Origin: Dimorphilus gyrociliatus
Taxonomy: Eukaryota; Animalia; Annelida
Length of the DNA stretch: 64,000 bases
Assembly (NCBI GenBank): GCA_904063045.1
Contig: CAJFCJ010000013.1
Coordinates: 1,408,156 to 1,472,155, forward strand
Direction: 5' to 3'
Shown: in pieces, positions 1 through 14,977 of the stretch
Position numbering within the stretch: position 1 is the first letter of the stretch
How the letters are laid out: each line of letters starts with the position of its first letter
Made by a program: the position numbers and the translations under genes
The notes under the pieces: generated by a model
Told to the model about the DNA's origin: nothing
Database searches by the model: none
Seen by the model: the letters and a program-made list of their open reading frames with translations, nothing else

Positions 1-2299
1 AAGAATGCTTTTAATAAGAATGACCAGAGTGGTTTAAGTCTACCCGTTTCCCCAGTTCACAAAGATTTATTATTATCGAATTTAATAAAGGATTGTAGTA
101 CAAGTTTGTAAAAAAAAAGAAATAAAAATAGAAATGCATCAGTTCAACTATTTATAAAAGAAACTTTAATTAACAGCTATGGACGTCAATTCAGCCATGG
201 AAAAGGATGGTATTAATAGTGACATTGCTAAAGAAACAGTTTTAATTAGGGTAAGTAACAATTTTTTATTTATTAAATAGTGATGGAATATTAATAGAAA
301 TATAATTTTATAATTAAACAGTATATAATAGACTCCCATTTAGACATTGTTTGGACAGAGACACAAACTGATTTTATACTAAGCGAACGAGTTCTTCCGA
401 AAAATCCTTTTGTTATTTTTCTTGATCATTTCAATCAGGCTAATTACAAGTAAACTCTTTATTTTCTTTATAAGGGAATTAATCATAGAAACGAAACAAT
501 CTAATGTTTGTAGAGCAATTCATTTTGGCATGTCCGAAGAGGATATCTTAGAGATTATCGATGAAAATAAATCTCTTATTGAACCTACGGACGACTACGA
601 ATTAATTTATAAGACAAACAATAGATATTTTGGTAGATATTTTGCTTTTCTTTTATCGCGAGTTTGTTTTTGTACATTTGGAGGTTGTCGTTTATTTTAA
701 GGTCTAAAACCAGCTCTACAATATCTAAGTAATACCGAATTGAATGATATATCTGGTGTAATAAATGAATTTTATGATACGAATTCCCGGAAAAAGGATG
801 GGTTGTATACAGTAAAATATCTCTTTAAAGGTCTAAATATGATAAAATTTCCCTAATCTACATTCTATTCATTAGGTTCATAAATGCCAAACGTTTGGTT
901 CGCACCAAATTATACATAGTGCAATCAACGGTCATCTCTCTGATTTTAATTTAAGAGATTATATTCTTATTACTGGTCCTGATCGCTGCATTATCGAAGG
1001 TTGTGAATTATACGCTAACGAAGGTATAGTATTATTGTTTGTTAAAAAAAAAAATTTATTGACAAACTAACTAAAATGTAATAAAAATTTAAAAAAAAGT
1101 GGTGGATGATTTACATAGATTGGTTAATTTAAATTCAAAACCAATTGTCATTGGTTTATACTTGGACGGTGAACATTGGTCAATAACTTCGATTAGTGGA
1201 AAACTTTACGCATTACAAACAGAGCTAAGGAGGGTTGTAAGCGAAAAACGTCAAGTATTTACTGTTGTAAGTAATAGACTTTAATAATTTAAAATACTAA
1301 TAATTCTTATAATTACCATCATTCCCTTAACGATTATTATATAGTTTTACATCTATATATCCTGGAGATATGTTCGCGTGACGAAATATTATGACTTGTA
1401 TTATTTATCTAATAATGAGAACAGGTTAGTTAGTGTAACTGTTTCCTATTATTATTATTATTACTATTAACTATTTATATTAAATTACAATAGTCTCAAG
1501 TTTCAAAATTCGTCCTCTCTAACCATTTATGAAAGTATATTCTTTGATTATGATGAGGTAAATATTTATCTTACTCTATATGTTTATTTATATTATCTAA
1601 TTCGAACAAATATTCTACGATCAGGCGGTTCGTTGCGTTAGTGAACTTATAAGGCAAACACCCTATAGTGTACCGATGGCTAAAGAGGTAACGAATCGAT
1701 TGGACTCGTTAATAGAAGATAGCTTTAAAAATTATCAATATTCCGAGCTGTACCATCATTTAATCAGTCGCTGCTCTATACAGTTTAATCGTTCAAGGTT
1801 AATAGATTCCTGGCGTTCTTTAAATAGTCTAGCCAGCGAATTTAAATATCTTCAAACAATGAGTCAAAATCTTAACGAATTAATCTCTCATGTACTAAAT
1901 ACACAATCCGATGAGGATGACGTCAGCCTAAATAAAATGGAAGAGTTAAAATTACGATCGTTCCTTAGAGGTTTTTTGGTGAAAATGAATATTTTATTAG
2001 TTATCGGTGTTCGACCTCTACTTCCATCATTGGAGTTATTTATAAAAAAGAAATTACAAGATTTTATTGATCACAATGAAGTTGAAGATCAATATTTTAT
2101 TCAAATCTTACCTACAGTTAGTAACAATTAGATCTGAAAATTGTATTGAGTTAAAATTATTTAAAAGTATTATTTTCAAAAGGTTTCGCAGGCTTTAGAC
2201 TCTGTCAAATGGACTTTACAGACGATACTCCAGCTTTACGCTCATGACATGCTAAAATCCAGTTCAATAAACTCTTCTTTATATTTCAATTCTAAATGA
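1..2299 (+). CDS. 3' part of a multi-exon gene of unknown function (about 11 exons; beta-rich region followed by a helical C-terminus)
   Basis: Open frames join through GT-AG introns, including ORF-track pieces ELIIETKQSNVCRAIHFG, VDDLHRLVNLNSKPIVIGLY and 1676-2131. The last exon reads VSQALDSVKWTLQ...YFNSK with TGA at 2297-2299. The gene begins before the window. No family recognised. Confidence 0.7.
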
Positions 2300-2629
2300 A
2301 AGAAAAATATTTTTTAAATATATACAGTATATATATAAATTAATATATATATATAAATACATATATACTGTTCTTTTATAAATATATACAATTTGTATTT
2401 ATTTGTTTTTTTTTAGGTTTTTTTTCTTTTAATGCAGAACTACATTCATGGAATGGCATATTTTAATGTTTTAATTTAGCTTATGGTCCAGTATTTTCGT
2501 CTATATTTACAATTTATATCAATTTAATACTGATCAAATTGTAAAGGATATAGTCGGGAGACCAAAATTCTAAGATATTTGCAAGTGGCTGACGACATTG
2601 TTATCAATGTGTCTCTAATCACTCCAGCT

Positions 2630-3418
2630 CTAAAATTGTACCCAGTTCTTAGTGTTAGCCCCTTGATCGGGTTGTTGTTGTTGTTGTTGTTGCTGTGGTT
2701 GCTGTTGTGAGGCTCCCGTAAAATCCGTCCAATCGGAAGCTGGCGGTGCCTTTGCAGAAGCATTATTGCCAAAATCTAAAAGTAGACTGGAGTTGGTATT
2801 CTCAGCGCTAGCATTTCTTATGGATGATGGAGCGCTTATTTTTGCTCCACTGGGTGGAGGTGGAAGTATTCCTGTTGAACCTCCCATTACTCCCCTTGGT
2901 TTTCTTCCTCCTTCTTGGTTCTTCTTTGTTTGAATATTAATCTTAATAGTTTCTCCTTCTTTAAATCCTAAATCCAATTTAGGACCAGGATCAAAATTTG
3001 ACGCCCCACCTGTCTGCTCCAACTCTGTTTCTCTTTTAGCCCATTTAAAATGATCTTGCAAAGCTACATTTAAATCAAAAGCGTCCCCTCTATCAGCAAA
3101 TCCTATACCAATAAATGCCTTTCTACCAGATGGATCTTGGATTCGAATAACAAAGTAGCGACTGGAGTCCAGAACTTGTTCTACTGAAGGACCAGGATAC
3201 TCTTCAACTGGACACTCAGCAAAAAGCTCAGTAGTACTCTTATCTTCTAGTTTTATAAATACTTTTTTTCCTCTCGCGATTATCCGCATTCTCCCTGTCC
3301 AATCTGGATTATCTAAACCCCACTCGGCTGCTCGATATCCTCTATTAGACGATCTAGGAGGAATTCTGTATACAAAGACTTCGTTTTTCACACACAACAC
3401 ACTCTCGTAGTCATCCAT
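2630..3418 (-). CDS. NECAP: Adaptin ear-binding coat-associated protein (NECAP), intronless
   Basis: PHear domain starting [19 protein letters not shown]...[18 protein letters not shown], the [16 protein letters not shown] motif, and the C-terminal WVQF (WxxF-type) motif. Confidence 0.97.
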   Translation of the reverse strand: MDDYESVLCVKNEVFVYRIPPRSSNRGYRAAEWGLDNPDWTGRMRIIARGKKVFIKLEDKSTTELFAECPVEEYPGPSVEQVLDSSRYFVIRIQDPSGRKAFIGIGFADRGDAFDLNVALQDHFKWAKRETELEQTGGASNFDPGPKLDLGFKEGETIKINIQTKKNQEGGRKPRGVMGGSTGILPPPPSGAKISAPSSIRNASAENTNSSLLLDFGNNASAKAPPASDWTDFTGASQQQPQQQQQQQQPDQGANTKNWVQF

Positions 3419-3619
3419 ATTTGATTCTAAAAGAAGCCTGTAAGCCCAACTGCTAATAAATTGTTATAACCAAGTAAAAGGTTTACAGCTCTCGCTTAAG
3501 TGGAGTATTAGATGAGCGATAAAAGAGATTTTTTATGCTGATTAATCTGGTAGAGGAATGCTATCTAAATGTTTTGATTAAATGGCATCCAGAGCAGGGT
3601 ACCAGACGTAGTTGAAAAA

Positions 3620-4821
3620 ATGGCGCTGTATTCGGCTGTAAACACAAGATCTCTATTTTCATTTTTAACCGGTGGACTTTTAGGATTTTTTTTATCATTA
3701 GTCTTTTTTTATTCGTTAAAAACAAATTATAATTTCCATGCATTAATTGCAACTAGTCCTCACACCCATGGTGAGTTAACAAGTCAAATGGGGCCTGAAG
3801 AAGTTCAAGTTTGGAAAGATGCTAAATCGCATTCGCAAGCCGAAGAAGAATTGATTCAAAATTTTAGTCAACAAGTAAGAATATTATGTTGGGTGTTAAC
3901 AGAGCCAAAAAGCCATAAACGAAAAGCTATGCATGTGAAAGCAACGTGGGGGAAAAGATGTAATAAACTATTATTTATGAGTTCAGAGCAGGATCCAAAT
4001 CTTCCGTCCATAGATTTAGGAGTTGCGGAGGGTAGAAATAATTTGTGGGGTAAAACAAAAGCGGCATTTCGATACATCTATAAAACTCATTTAGAAGATG
4101 CAGACTTTTTCTTGAAAGCCGATGATGACACTTATGTTATTGTTGAAAATTTAAGAAAAATGCTTATGAACAAAGATTCCCAGAGTAAGATTTATTTTGG
4201 ACGTCGATTTAGGCCATTTGTATATCAAGGATACACTTCAGGTTAGAAACAATCAACAATCGTATTTAAACAACAAATGTCTATTGTCTAAATTGCTTAT
4301 ATCTATAGGTGGTGCCGGATACGTTCTCACTAAGGAGGCTGTTAAAGCGTTTGTTGAGGATGCTCTACCAAATCCCTTATTATGCAGACAAGATAATGGT
4401 GGGCCAGAGGATGTTGAAATAGGTAAATGCCTTTCCAACGTAAATGTAAAATTAATGGATTCACGAGATGAATTTGGAAGAGAAAGATTTAACCCATTTG
4501 AACCACAATTGCATCTTATCAAAGGCGCCGGTAATTATTTTACTATTAATACTTGAAGATATCTGATCATTCTTTCGTCCTTTTATACAATCAAAAAAAG
4601 TACCTAAGGATAATTGGCTTCGAACGTATAACTATTATCCTATGAAAGATGGACCAGATTGTTGCAGTGACTATGCGATTTCCTTTCATTATATACCTCC
4701 AAATAAGATGTACGAGTTAGAATATCTGATTTATCATCTTCGACCTTTTATACCGCCTAGGCGAGAAATAAAAAGAGGAACTACTAAAATTGGCAATGAT
4801 ATTAACACTAAAGATTCTTAA
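3620..4821 (+). CDS. C1GALT1: Core 1 beta-1,3-galactosyltransferase (T-synthase), 3 exons
   Basis: N-terminal TM; RILCWVLT, ATWGKRCN, FFLKADDDTYVIVENLR, SGGAGYVL, EDVEIGKCL, CCSDYAISFHY. Two short introns near 4243-4308 and 4531-4600. Stop TAA at 4819-4821. Confidence 0.96.
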
Positions 4822-5233
4822 AATGTGAAAAAAACCTTGATTGCTATAGAAGAAACCTTTATTCTTATTGACTGAACAGTTCAAAAATGCTTTAGAAAGT
4901 TAATTAGTTAATTTTTTTTATAAATGCAGGGCCATTAATAATCATTCCCGAATAATCATTCCAAATTAACATATTCATTAGCTGCCTAGTTTTATTGCGT
5001 TTGGAGTTTTTTCTCCAAATGTAAAGACTTTTAAGGATGTTTAACAATTGTTTGTTTCTATGCATTATGAATAAAAAGAATTTATTATTAAATTAGCGCA
5101 ACATCCATAATTTGCCGCCAAAACAACAAAATGTAACTAATCACGTGCTCAGGAAACTGACAAAAAAATATTCTGCATTGAACGCTTCCGGTTTAAACTC
5201 CTTTTCGATTGGGAAACTGTTAAAAACGTAAGC

Positions 5234-6538
5234 ATGTCTAACAACATCTGGCTAGCGCCTAAAGATTCAAAAGCTGAAACTTGGATGGCATGGAAAACTA
5301 TGCATTTAGCAAGGGCAAAGTTAAAAGCTTCAAGTAGAACTTCAGCTTTATTATCAGGTTTTGCAATGGTTAGTATGAAAAGTGCTTATTTGAAGTAGTA
5401 ATTTTATTGGATATTTTATGACATTTAAGTATTAAATATTGTTTTATATTTGGGTAAATTTTTTATTTACTTAAAACGAGAGATAAGATAAGAATAGCGT
5501 TGAAGTTTATAACAACATGTTTTTACTTTTATTTACATGCTTCGTGTTTTTTTTTTTAAAAAAACAAAAGGTTAATTATTACTTTTCTTCAGGTAGTAAT
5601 GGTTGAAGCAAGTGTTGATTATGCGAAAGTTGGACAAGGTCTCTTAATAGTTTTTAGTATTTGTACCGTACTGGTTGTAGGTGTTCACCTTCTTGCCCTA
5701 ATGATAAGTACATGCATGCTGCCGAACATCGAGGCTGTAGCGTCTTTAAATTCAATGGAAGCTGTTAATGAATCTCCTCATATGAGATTACGGGTATACG
5801 TTGATATAGCATGGTTACTTTCTACATTTATAGGTAAGGGTAAAATCTTTACTATTTCCCTCATTCCCATATAAAAAGCGGTTAAAGTAATCTTCATTCA
5901 GAGAATATACAGTATAATTGTTTACCTAAATTACTACTTTCTTTTTTTCTACTGTTTGATTACCAAAGATTGGCCTCGAACGCTTTTAAACTTGAATTGG
6001 TTTCTTTTTTACTTAAAGAACTTTTTAAGGTTATTAGAATTATTGAATGTGAAATGTGTATTTAACAACGCTATCGATCAAATATGAAATCCGATATATA
6101 CCTTATAAACTTGAAATATATTAGTTTTTATAAATAAGTTTAAATTTTTACGTTTTATATATGTAATTGATATAAAATGTGGAAATTATTATACTTGAAA
6201 AGAGAAGGATGGAAGGGATGGGGAAGAAAATTATAAAAGAAAGAGAAAAAAGGGCATAATATATATTTCATCTTACAATTTTTTTCTCTCTTCCAGGTAT
6301 CCTCCTTTTCTTGGTGGAGATGGCTATTTTAGGTTGGATTCGCTTTTTACCCGAAGCAGGTAGTGGACAGAATAAAAGTGCCTCTATAGCTGCTATTGTC
6401 GTTATCGTTCCTGTTATCATTATTTTTCTATTATTTGCCGCCCATTTCTACAAGCAGCTCATTGCTCATAAAATGCAGAACACGGCTGCTGAACTGGAAG
6501 AATTAAGTAATCTTGCTTTACAAATGCAACAAGTATGA
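5234..6538 (+). CDS. ORAI: Calcium release-activated calcium channel Orai, 3 exons (5234-5368, 5593-5833, 6297-6538), about 205 aa
   Basis: [24 protein letters not shown] (TM1 with the selectivity glutamate), [32 protein letters not shown], and C-terminal ELEELSNLA coiled coil. Confidence 0.96.
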
Positions 6539-6966
6539 TATTGCTATGGATTTTTTACATTTACCCTTTCTTAAAAGGATTTTAACAACAACTGCTTTAG
6601 CTAGAAATCATTTGAATGTTTTGTAGCTGCTTTATAACTTGTTTATCCTGTTTAATCTCTCCTCGTAAATTATTCTTGTTTTGAATAAAATAAACGTTCA
6701 TTGATATTTTTCCCCCATGTTCCCTTTTGTTATTCAAATTTCTAATATTGTCTTGTGTTATTCTTATGTTTTAATATCTTCCTTATTAAGATTTGGAAGA
6801 AAAGTGGACTGAAATAGCCAAAAAGTTTATTACTGGTGATGGCCAATTGGTATTGAGGTTCAAGCCATTCATGTAACGAGGTAAGGTTTTACGCTTTTAA
6901 CTTATTATTTCATTCTACAAGATGTCTGTACGGGCTATGAGAAAAGATAAGATATTTTCTACCCTA

Positions 6967-6982
6967 CCGCCAGAGGGCTCTA
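6967..6982 (+). promoter_or_regulatory. CTCF-like motif CCGCCAGAGGGCTCTA between Orai and the SLC17 gene
   Basis: Close match to the CCASYAGRKGGCRS core in otherwise AT-rich intergenic DNA. It is one of many such sites in the window. Confidence 0.5.
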
Positions 6983-7081
6983 GTCGTAATGGCTGTTTAG
7001 ATCTTTCACATCCAGCTTCCATTTGCTTTTATAGTCTCTTTTAACATTTACAGCTCTCTGCAGAGTAATCAATAGTTTAAC

Positions 7082-10010
7082 ATGGAAATCGAAGTATCAA
7101 CTAATAAAACAAAGGGTAAGTATGAGATAGTACTAATTAATGAATGACCATAAGAGTTTGAGACTTTCTTCGTTTTCTCCATCCTGCTTTTAGATATAGA
7201 TTAACTCTAAAAAAGGCATTGCCTATTTTAAGGGATTGATCTTTATAAGTAGTATCACTTTCCCGCCGGAAATTTATTACATGAATTCTTATGTTTTTGC
7301 TTATATTCGTAGTATTGTTTATTTATGTTTTGATTTATTCATAATTTCAATATTTCCTTCTTTAAAAACATTAATAAAAATTATGAATAGATATATTATA
7401 TGTTGAAATGATTTTTGGAAATTTACCTGAGCTTTATAGGTATTAATTTCAAAATTTCCAGTGCCATGGTGGTGTTCCATTCGCTTACTACTCGCCTTTG
7501 TCGGCTTCTTGGGCTTCGTTAACCTCTACGCCTTAAGGGTCAATATGTCGGTAGCCATAGTTTGCATGGTTAATAATACAGCGTTATCGGATTCAAATTC
7601 TACACAAGAATGCGAAATCAATTCAACATCTACATCAAACTCTGACGGAGAGTTTGTTTGGGATCGAACAACCCAAGGTTATATTCTTGGTTCATTCTTT
7701 TATGGTTACGCCATTACTCAGATACCGGGTGGTTGGTTGGCGCAGAGATTCGGAGGAAAGAGAATATTTGGCGGATTTATGCTTATGACAGCTATTGCAA
7801 CATTATTGACTCCTGTTGGTGCGGAAGCGTCGGTTTATTTCTTAATTACATTAAGATTTATTAAAGGTCTGGGACAGGTGAGTGTCAAAAAAAAAGAAAA
7901 AGAAACGAAGAGAATAAAATATATATATATAGGTTATCTTTTCTTCTTTTTCATCCATTGTTAAAGCATATATTTTGTCAATTAAGATTAGTGTTATCGG
8001 TAGAGGTGAAAATGTTATCCTACTATCTATAATATTCTCACGAAGGACTTTAAAACAGAAAGAAATGTAGAACATGTTTTTAATTTCTCTTTTTTATGTT
8101 TTCCTAAAAGACAAACACTCTCTAGCTCCTATATAGAAACAGTTATCATTGAATTTCTGTAACTGTGACCTAAATGTCCTTGAGAAGTCAATGGTATAGA
8201 TTTAATTTAGCCTATATTATAAGTATGTCGTGTGAATGTATAATTTTTTAAAGGAACGGTCAAATAACCGTTTGATACGTTATACTGTTTATAAATATTA
8301 TATATATAAGGTTATTAATCATAACAAATAATTAAATAACATACATTATATGAATATATATATATATATATATATATATACACTGTACAACTAGAAGTGA
8401 AATGTTTGTACATATTATTGAATCTTTTTACAAACTACTGTTCTAATTTATTCAAAGCGATTAAACGATATTGTAAAAAGTTATATAGATTTTTTTTTTT
8501 TTAAATCCAGGGTGTTGTCTTTCCATGTATGCATAGCATCTGGGCGAAATGGGCTCCTCCTTTGGAAAGAACAAAGCTAGTCGGTCTAACATACGCAGGC
8601 GCTCAAATTGGAAACGTTATAACTTTTCCAATTTCTGGATTTCTTTGTCAGTATAGTTGGACAGCTATTTTTTATGCTTTTGGAGCATACGGTGTAGTAT
8701 GGTTTCTATTATGGACATTTTTCGTATCCGATTCGCCAGAAACTCATCGGCAAATTTCACAAATCGAAAAAGATTATATAATAGAGAGTACTGGTACGAA
8801 AAAAACTGACTCAAACTATAAAGTGCCATGGTTAAAAATTTTTAAATCAAAAGCCGTTTGGGCTATTATTGTTGCTCATACATGTTCAAATTGGGGAACC
8901 TATCTTGTTTTGACTGGCTTACCAACTTATTTCAAGGACGTATTGCATTTCGATATGAAAAGCGTAAGTTATTGTAATTTTTTCCTCTTTTAGTTTATCT
9001 GTTTATTTTAATTTTTAATCAATTCCATTTTAAACTTTTACTTTATTTACACTAAAAAGAATGGCCTATTTTCTGCTCTACCTTATATAGGATTTTGGGC
9101 TTTTATCAGTTTTGGCGGAATATTTGCCGATTTTCTCAGAAAGAAACGAATTAGAACGGTTAAAGTTCGCAAATTAATGACTTCAATGGGTAATTACCTT
9201 TTATGATTTATATGTATTTTTTAATATATTTCCTTTTTTTCAGGAACTATTCTTCCCGGTACTTTTCTATTAATTACAGCTTATATTCCTGGAACTTATC
9301 CACTGGCTGCCGTTGCCGGTCTGACTATTGCTGTTGGTTTTAGGTTGTTATTTAATATCAATTAATTAGAAAACAAGTTATTACGTATTAAAAAAAAATA
9401 TTTAATCGTCTTTTAGTGGATTTCAATATGCGGGCGTCATGACAAATCATATCGATATTGCACCTCGTTTTGCTGGGCTTTTATTCGGTAAGTATAATAA
9501 ATATATAGTACGGCGAACTTTCTAACTTTCTAACATGTTAATTTAATCATTTCAGGAATTAGTAACACAGCGGCTACTATTCCAGGTTTCGTTTCTCCTT
9601 TAGTCACGGCTGCTTTAACAAGCGCGGTTGGTTTCATTTCTTTTTATTAAGGCGAGAAAAAGAATTAATTACTTTTATTTTTATTCTTTTAAAAAAAAGT
9701 GCACTAAATTGTCTTGCGAGGAGAAAGTTGCCTGTTTAGCTAACAGATGGCTTGTTAGCTTTTTTATAGCAGCTGCTATTTATCTTATAGGAGCAATCTT
9801 TTATTGTATTTTTGCCCAAGGCGAAATTCAAGATTGGGTTAGTAATTTGGAAATTTTTGAAAATATAATTAAATATTTCATATTTTTATCAATTACTTTT
9901 CTTTTTTATAGGCAGAGTCAAGTATAGGTGAGGTAGAAAATTCATTAATGAAAGAAAAATGCCCAGAATTGGGCAAAGAAGAGAAAGAAGAAGAAAAAAC
10001 CAAATGCTAA
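7082..10010 (+). CDS. SLC17 / sialin-like anion:cation symporter (MFS), multi-exon
   Basis: NLYALRVNMSVAIVCMVN, WDRTTQGYILGSFFYGY, WAKWAPPLERTKL, DIAPRFAGLLFGISNT. Presumed first coding exon at 7082 (MEIEVSTNKTK). Stop TAA at 10008-10010. Confidence 0.93.
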
Positions 10011-10938
10011 GATTCTTGTATTCCTTGAATATTTACCAAAGGTTAAATTTTAACATATAAATAAACCTGCATTCTATTTATCTTGGTAACTTTCAGAAGC
10101 TATAAGAAGAATGTTTGTCATAGTATATTAGTTAAAAACAAAATCTGTGCACTATAAATGTTAATTTAAAAGCAATGTTCTCTAGATTGTTAGATTTATG
10201 AATTATATAATATAGCGATTATAAAGGGCAAGATATTTTTTTTTTGTATATTGGCTATCCTTGATAAATGATTATCTTAATGCATTCTTGATTATTTTCC
10301 TATTGAAGAACTGCATTTTCACTAGGTAGTATGTGATTATGAAATGAACTGTAAGCTTGCGTTCTCCTTCTATTATACGCCTTATATAAGAAAATAAAGA
10401 CTATGTGTTTTATGAATAAAAACAAAAAGTCTGTTATGTTTTAAATAGAAATTAAAAACTCTTACCAGAGCTGCTGTATATAAAAAAACAAAAATAAATA
10501 GGAAGATGGTTCCCGCTCTATTCAGATATTAACAGTATATACAGTATAATTCTTTTTATCAACTAATCTTTATAAATTAACTGATTAACTTTTTTAATAG
10601 GTAATATATCGATCGATAATAATTAATATAGTATTTGTAAAAAGCAACTTTTTCACGTTTGAAAAATATACTTTATTATTGAATATTATCACGTGACCGG
10701 ATACATATCAAGCAGACGAATAAACTAACGATTGAGAAATCTAAAAAGTTTATCAAAATATTGAGTCGTTTCCTTGGTTTAGTCATCCGTAAGTGGAAAT
10801 AATTATTATATGAATAACCATTTTATTTTTTGTAAAAAATTTTAAAGGAGAAGGAGAAAATCAAAAAATATTTGGTACAGCAAATAGTCATGTGACAAAC
10901 AGTAACTTGAAAATTTTTGATTACTACAGATCGCAAAA

Positions 10939-12443
10939 ATGTGTTTAGGAGGAGTGAGCATCTTTCCAATGGCTGTTAGCGTATTAATGATTACCTGTGT
11001 ATTTATTACGTATCTAACAAGCGTTTTAGACCATGATGTTTATCCATTATTCCCGTACATCAGGTACATTATGAGATTTCTTAATCCTGAACTCATGACA
11101 ATTAGCATCCTGTTTACAGTGATACTGGAGTAAAGATGCCAGAAAGTTGTCTTTTTTCCGAATTCATTAATTTAGCAGCAATTTGCGGTAGGTCTTATTT
11201 TTCCAAGTCCAGTAACATGGTTATCTAGAAAACATATAAAATTTCGCAACTATTGCAGTTTTTTTAAAAATATTATTCATATCACTTATAAATATTCATA
11301 TTTTGCAGCAATTACAACATTATACATAAGATATCGTATAATAAAGGCGGTAGCAAATCCGGAGGATACTCGCATTAGAAAGCTTAAGATAATTGGTCTT
11401 ATATTAGCAATATTTTCCTGTTTTGGATTGACACTTGTTGCAAATTTTCAAGTTAGACACTCTCTCTCTCTCTCTCTCTGTCTGTCTCTAACTATATCTA
11501 GTTAATTATTTGCTTTTTTCTTTCTTTCTTTCTCTCTCTCTCTCTCGTAAATCGCTACCACTTAACTTCTTTCAATTTTGATTTTCTTCTAGTATCATAC
11601 ATTACCAAAGATAATCGGAAAATATTTGTTAACTTTTATAGGAAACCAAGAAAACCTCAGTTAGGTGGGTTCATTTGACTGGAGCTGGTTTAGTCTTTGG
11701 TTTGGGTGTAGTGTATCAATTTATCGATAGCATCATTTCCTATAGGCTTCATCCGAATTATAACAATCTTGTGATATGCCATGTTCGTCTATTTTTTGCA
11801 TTTGTTGGCTTGATTAGTTTCGTCGTCAGTAAGTTGTTTTTAATCTTTTATAATATCTTATCTTATCGTTTATTTTTAAAACTGCAAGATATATATATTT
11901 AACTGATCTGTTATATATTTTGAAAGAATACTTTTTTCTAGTGTTAACATATTTTAGGCGATTAGAAATTTTTAAAAAATTTACTTTTTTATATTCTCTC
12001 TCTCTCTCTCTCTTTTTTTTTCCTTTTGCTCTTTTTCTCCTTTAAAATTTATTGCTCTTTTTTAGCTGCTGTAACAGGTGTAGTTGCTAATATGGAGCAT
12101 AATGGCGATAAGCTGAAATGGAATTCTACAGATAAGGTTAGAAACTTAATGTATAAAATACAAGCAAATGAACAATCATTCTAAAATACTTATTTTTTTT
12201 TTCTCTCTCTCTCTCTTCCTTTCTTATTTGAAACGAAAAAACAAACCAAAATCAACTAAACAGGGTTATGGTTCTCACTTGGCTTCAACAATATCTGAAT
12301 GGTTCAACGCCTTTTCGTTTATACTATACTTTTTTACTTATGTAAAAGAATTCAGTAAAGTTTCAATTGGTGTGGACATTACCGTTCAAACTCCCAACTT
12401 GCAATACGATATTATAGACGAAAATCAACCTCTTCTAGCGTAA
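10939..12443 (+). CDS. DRAM/TMEM150 (Frag1/DRAM/Sfk1) family membrane protein, multi-exon
   Basis: FPYISDTG...PESCLFSEFIN, LTLVANFQ, VHLTGAGLVFGLGVVY, HLASTISEW, FFTYVKEF. These match DRAM1/2-type motifs. Confidence 0.9.
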
Positions 12444-14027
12444 CAAAGATAGTAGAAGGAAGAGGGGAGGGGAAATAACGATTAGGGAAAAGAGGAGAGG
12501 TAAAAGGAAAACAGAGGAATATTTCTTCCTGATAAATTAGTTATTCTATTGGATATTTTTTTCATCACAGTATTAACCTACATTGCTATTTTCTATCTTT
12601 ATAATAACACAACACACTTGCATAGCTGTAGAATTCTGCCAATAATTTTATACTTTATACAAAATTCTTCTAATTTCTCTTCTTCTCTTTTTCATATTTT
12701 TATGTTTTCTCTTTTGAGAACAAATAAAAAAAAGAAAATCTAAAAGGGTAATAATTAAGATTTAGCAACAAACTAAGACAATCAATTGAATAATAAGCTT
12801 TCTCCTTTGTTAAAAAAAACACAAAAAAAAACATAAAAGAAAATATATACAAGTTACAATTTATGTACAATAGTATCGGTGATAGGGAGCTTTGTTGCTT
12901 TTTCAGACATTTACTGATAAGAAAGCTTGACGTTTTATGATTTTTATGTTATATTTTTTTTTTATTTTATGCCATATAAATGGATAATTTTGAATATTTT
13001 GAACAATAAAGAAAGTGTTAAATTCTTTCATTTTAATTTAAAATTCATACCAATTGTTGACGAGAGATGGTGTATTTTTCTCTCTCTCTCTCTTGTTCCC
13101 TGTGCTCTAGTTGTAGTCAGACATCGATTGAGATGTAGAATAAAAAAAAAATTTGAGACATAATGACAAGGTTGTCATATATTAAAATCGCTATTCCTTT
13201 ACTAAAGGGGAGATCTGGTCAATTGAATCTCTCCGATTGATCAGCCTATTTCAAAGGAAACTTTTGAAACTCTTTAAACAATTCGCCAGTTCAGATTAAT
13301 GTAACTTTGAATTTTGTATTTCAATTACAATGAAACATTCACTTGTTCGGTAAACTAGAGGCATAAAATCGTCATTGCAGTCAAATATAATGGCATCCAA
13401 ATCTTTCATTTACAAGAGAACTACTTTTGGGATGTTTTTGTCAAAATGCTCATAACTTTTTTTTTCACTGTTTTGTAGTTTTATCCGTAAATTGAAAGAT
13501 TGATGAGGAATTGCGTTACATATGTTTTTACGAATTACGTACTTTAACAATATCCTTTAACACATTCAAATACTGAAGCAGAAAGAAACTGTTACAAATA
13601 TTCATATGTATTAACTTGGAAAACGCGATACAAATTACAGGTTTTTTTTCGTTATACCTTGACTAGTATTATGCAGTGGCGAAATTTTATAGGCGCCTCT
13701 AATTTTTTTTTTTTTTTTTCAAAAAATTTTCCCCTTTTTTCTTTTAATTATTTCGTACCGCGCCCTCTACATGTTTACAAGGAGGCAAAAAAAAAATATT
13801 GTGCTCTAGGTTAATCTGCATAGCTTTCTAAATTATTTCCAACTACAGAACTTATCACAAGATCAACATGCTATGGCATACATTAGTCTAAAATGTCTGA
13901 AAAAAAAATTCCTGGTTAAAAAAATAAAAAAAAATAATCGCAATTTCGCAACAGTAGATGACGGCGGTAGAAAAAAAACAAAACAAAAGAACCGTAAAAT
14001 TTTAATAAATCTATCATTGAGCAAGAG

Positions 14028-14977
<950 letters not shown>

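Noticed and set aside
3620-12443. Four co-oriented, closely spaced genes (C1GALT1, Orai, SLC17, DRAM) as a trans-spliced operon
   Set aside because: Each gap has an AATAAA followed by promoter-like motifs (E-box, ETS-like, CTCF-like), consistent with separate promoters. No spliced-leader evidence can be read from DNA alone.
13170-13720. Slightly GC-richer block between DRAM and ARF6 as a transposon remnant
   Set aside because: No terminal repeats, target-site duplication or transposase motif is recognisable, and open frames are under 45 codons.
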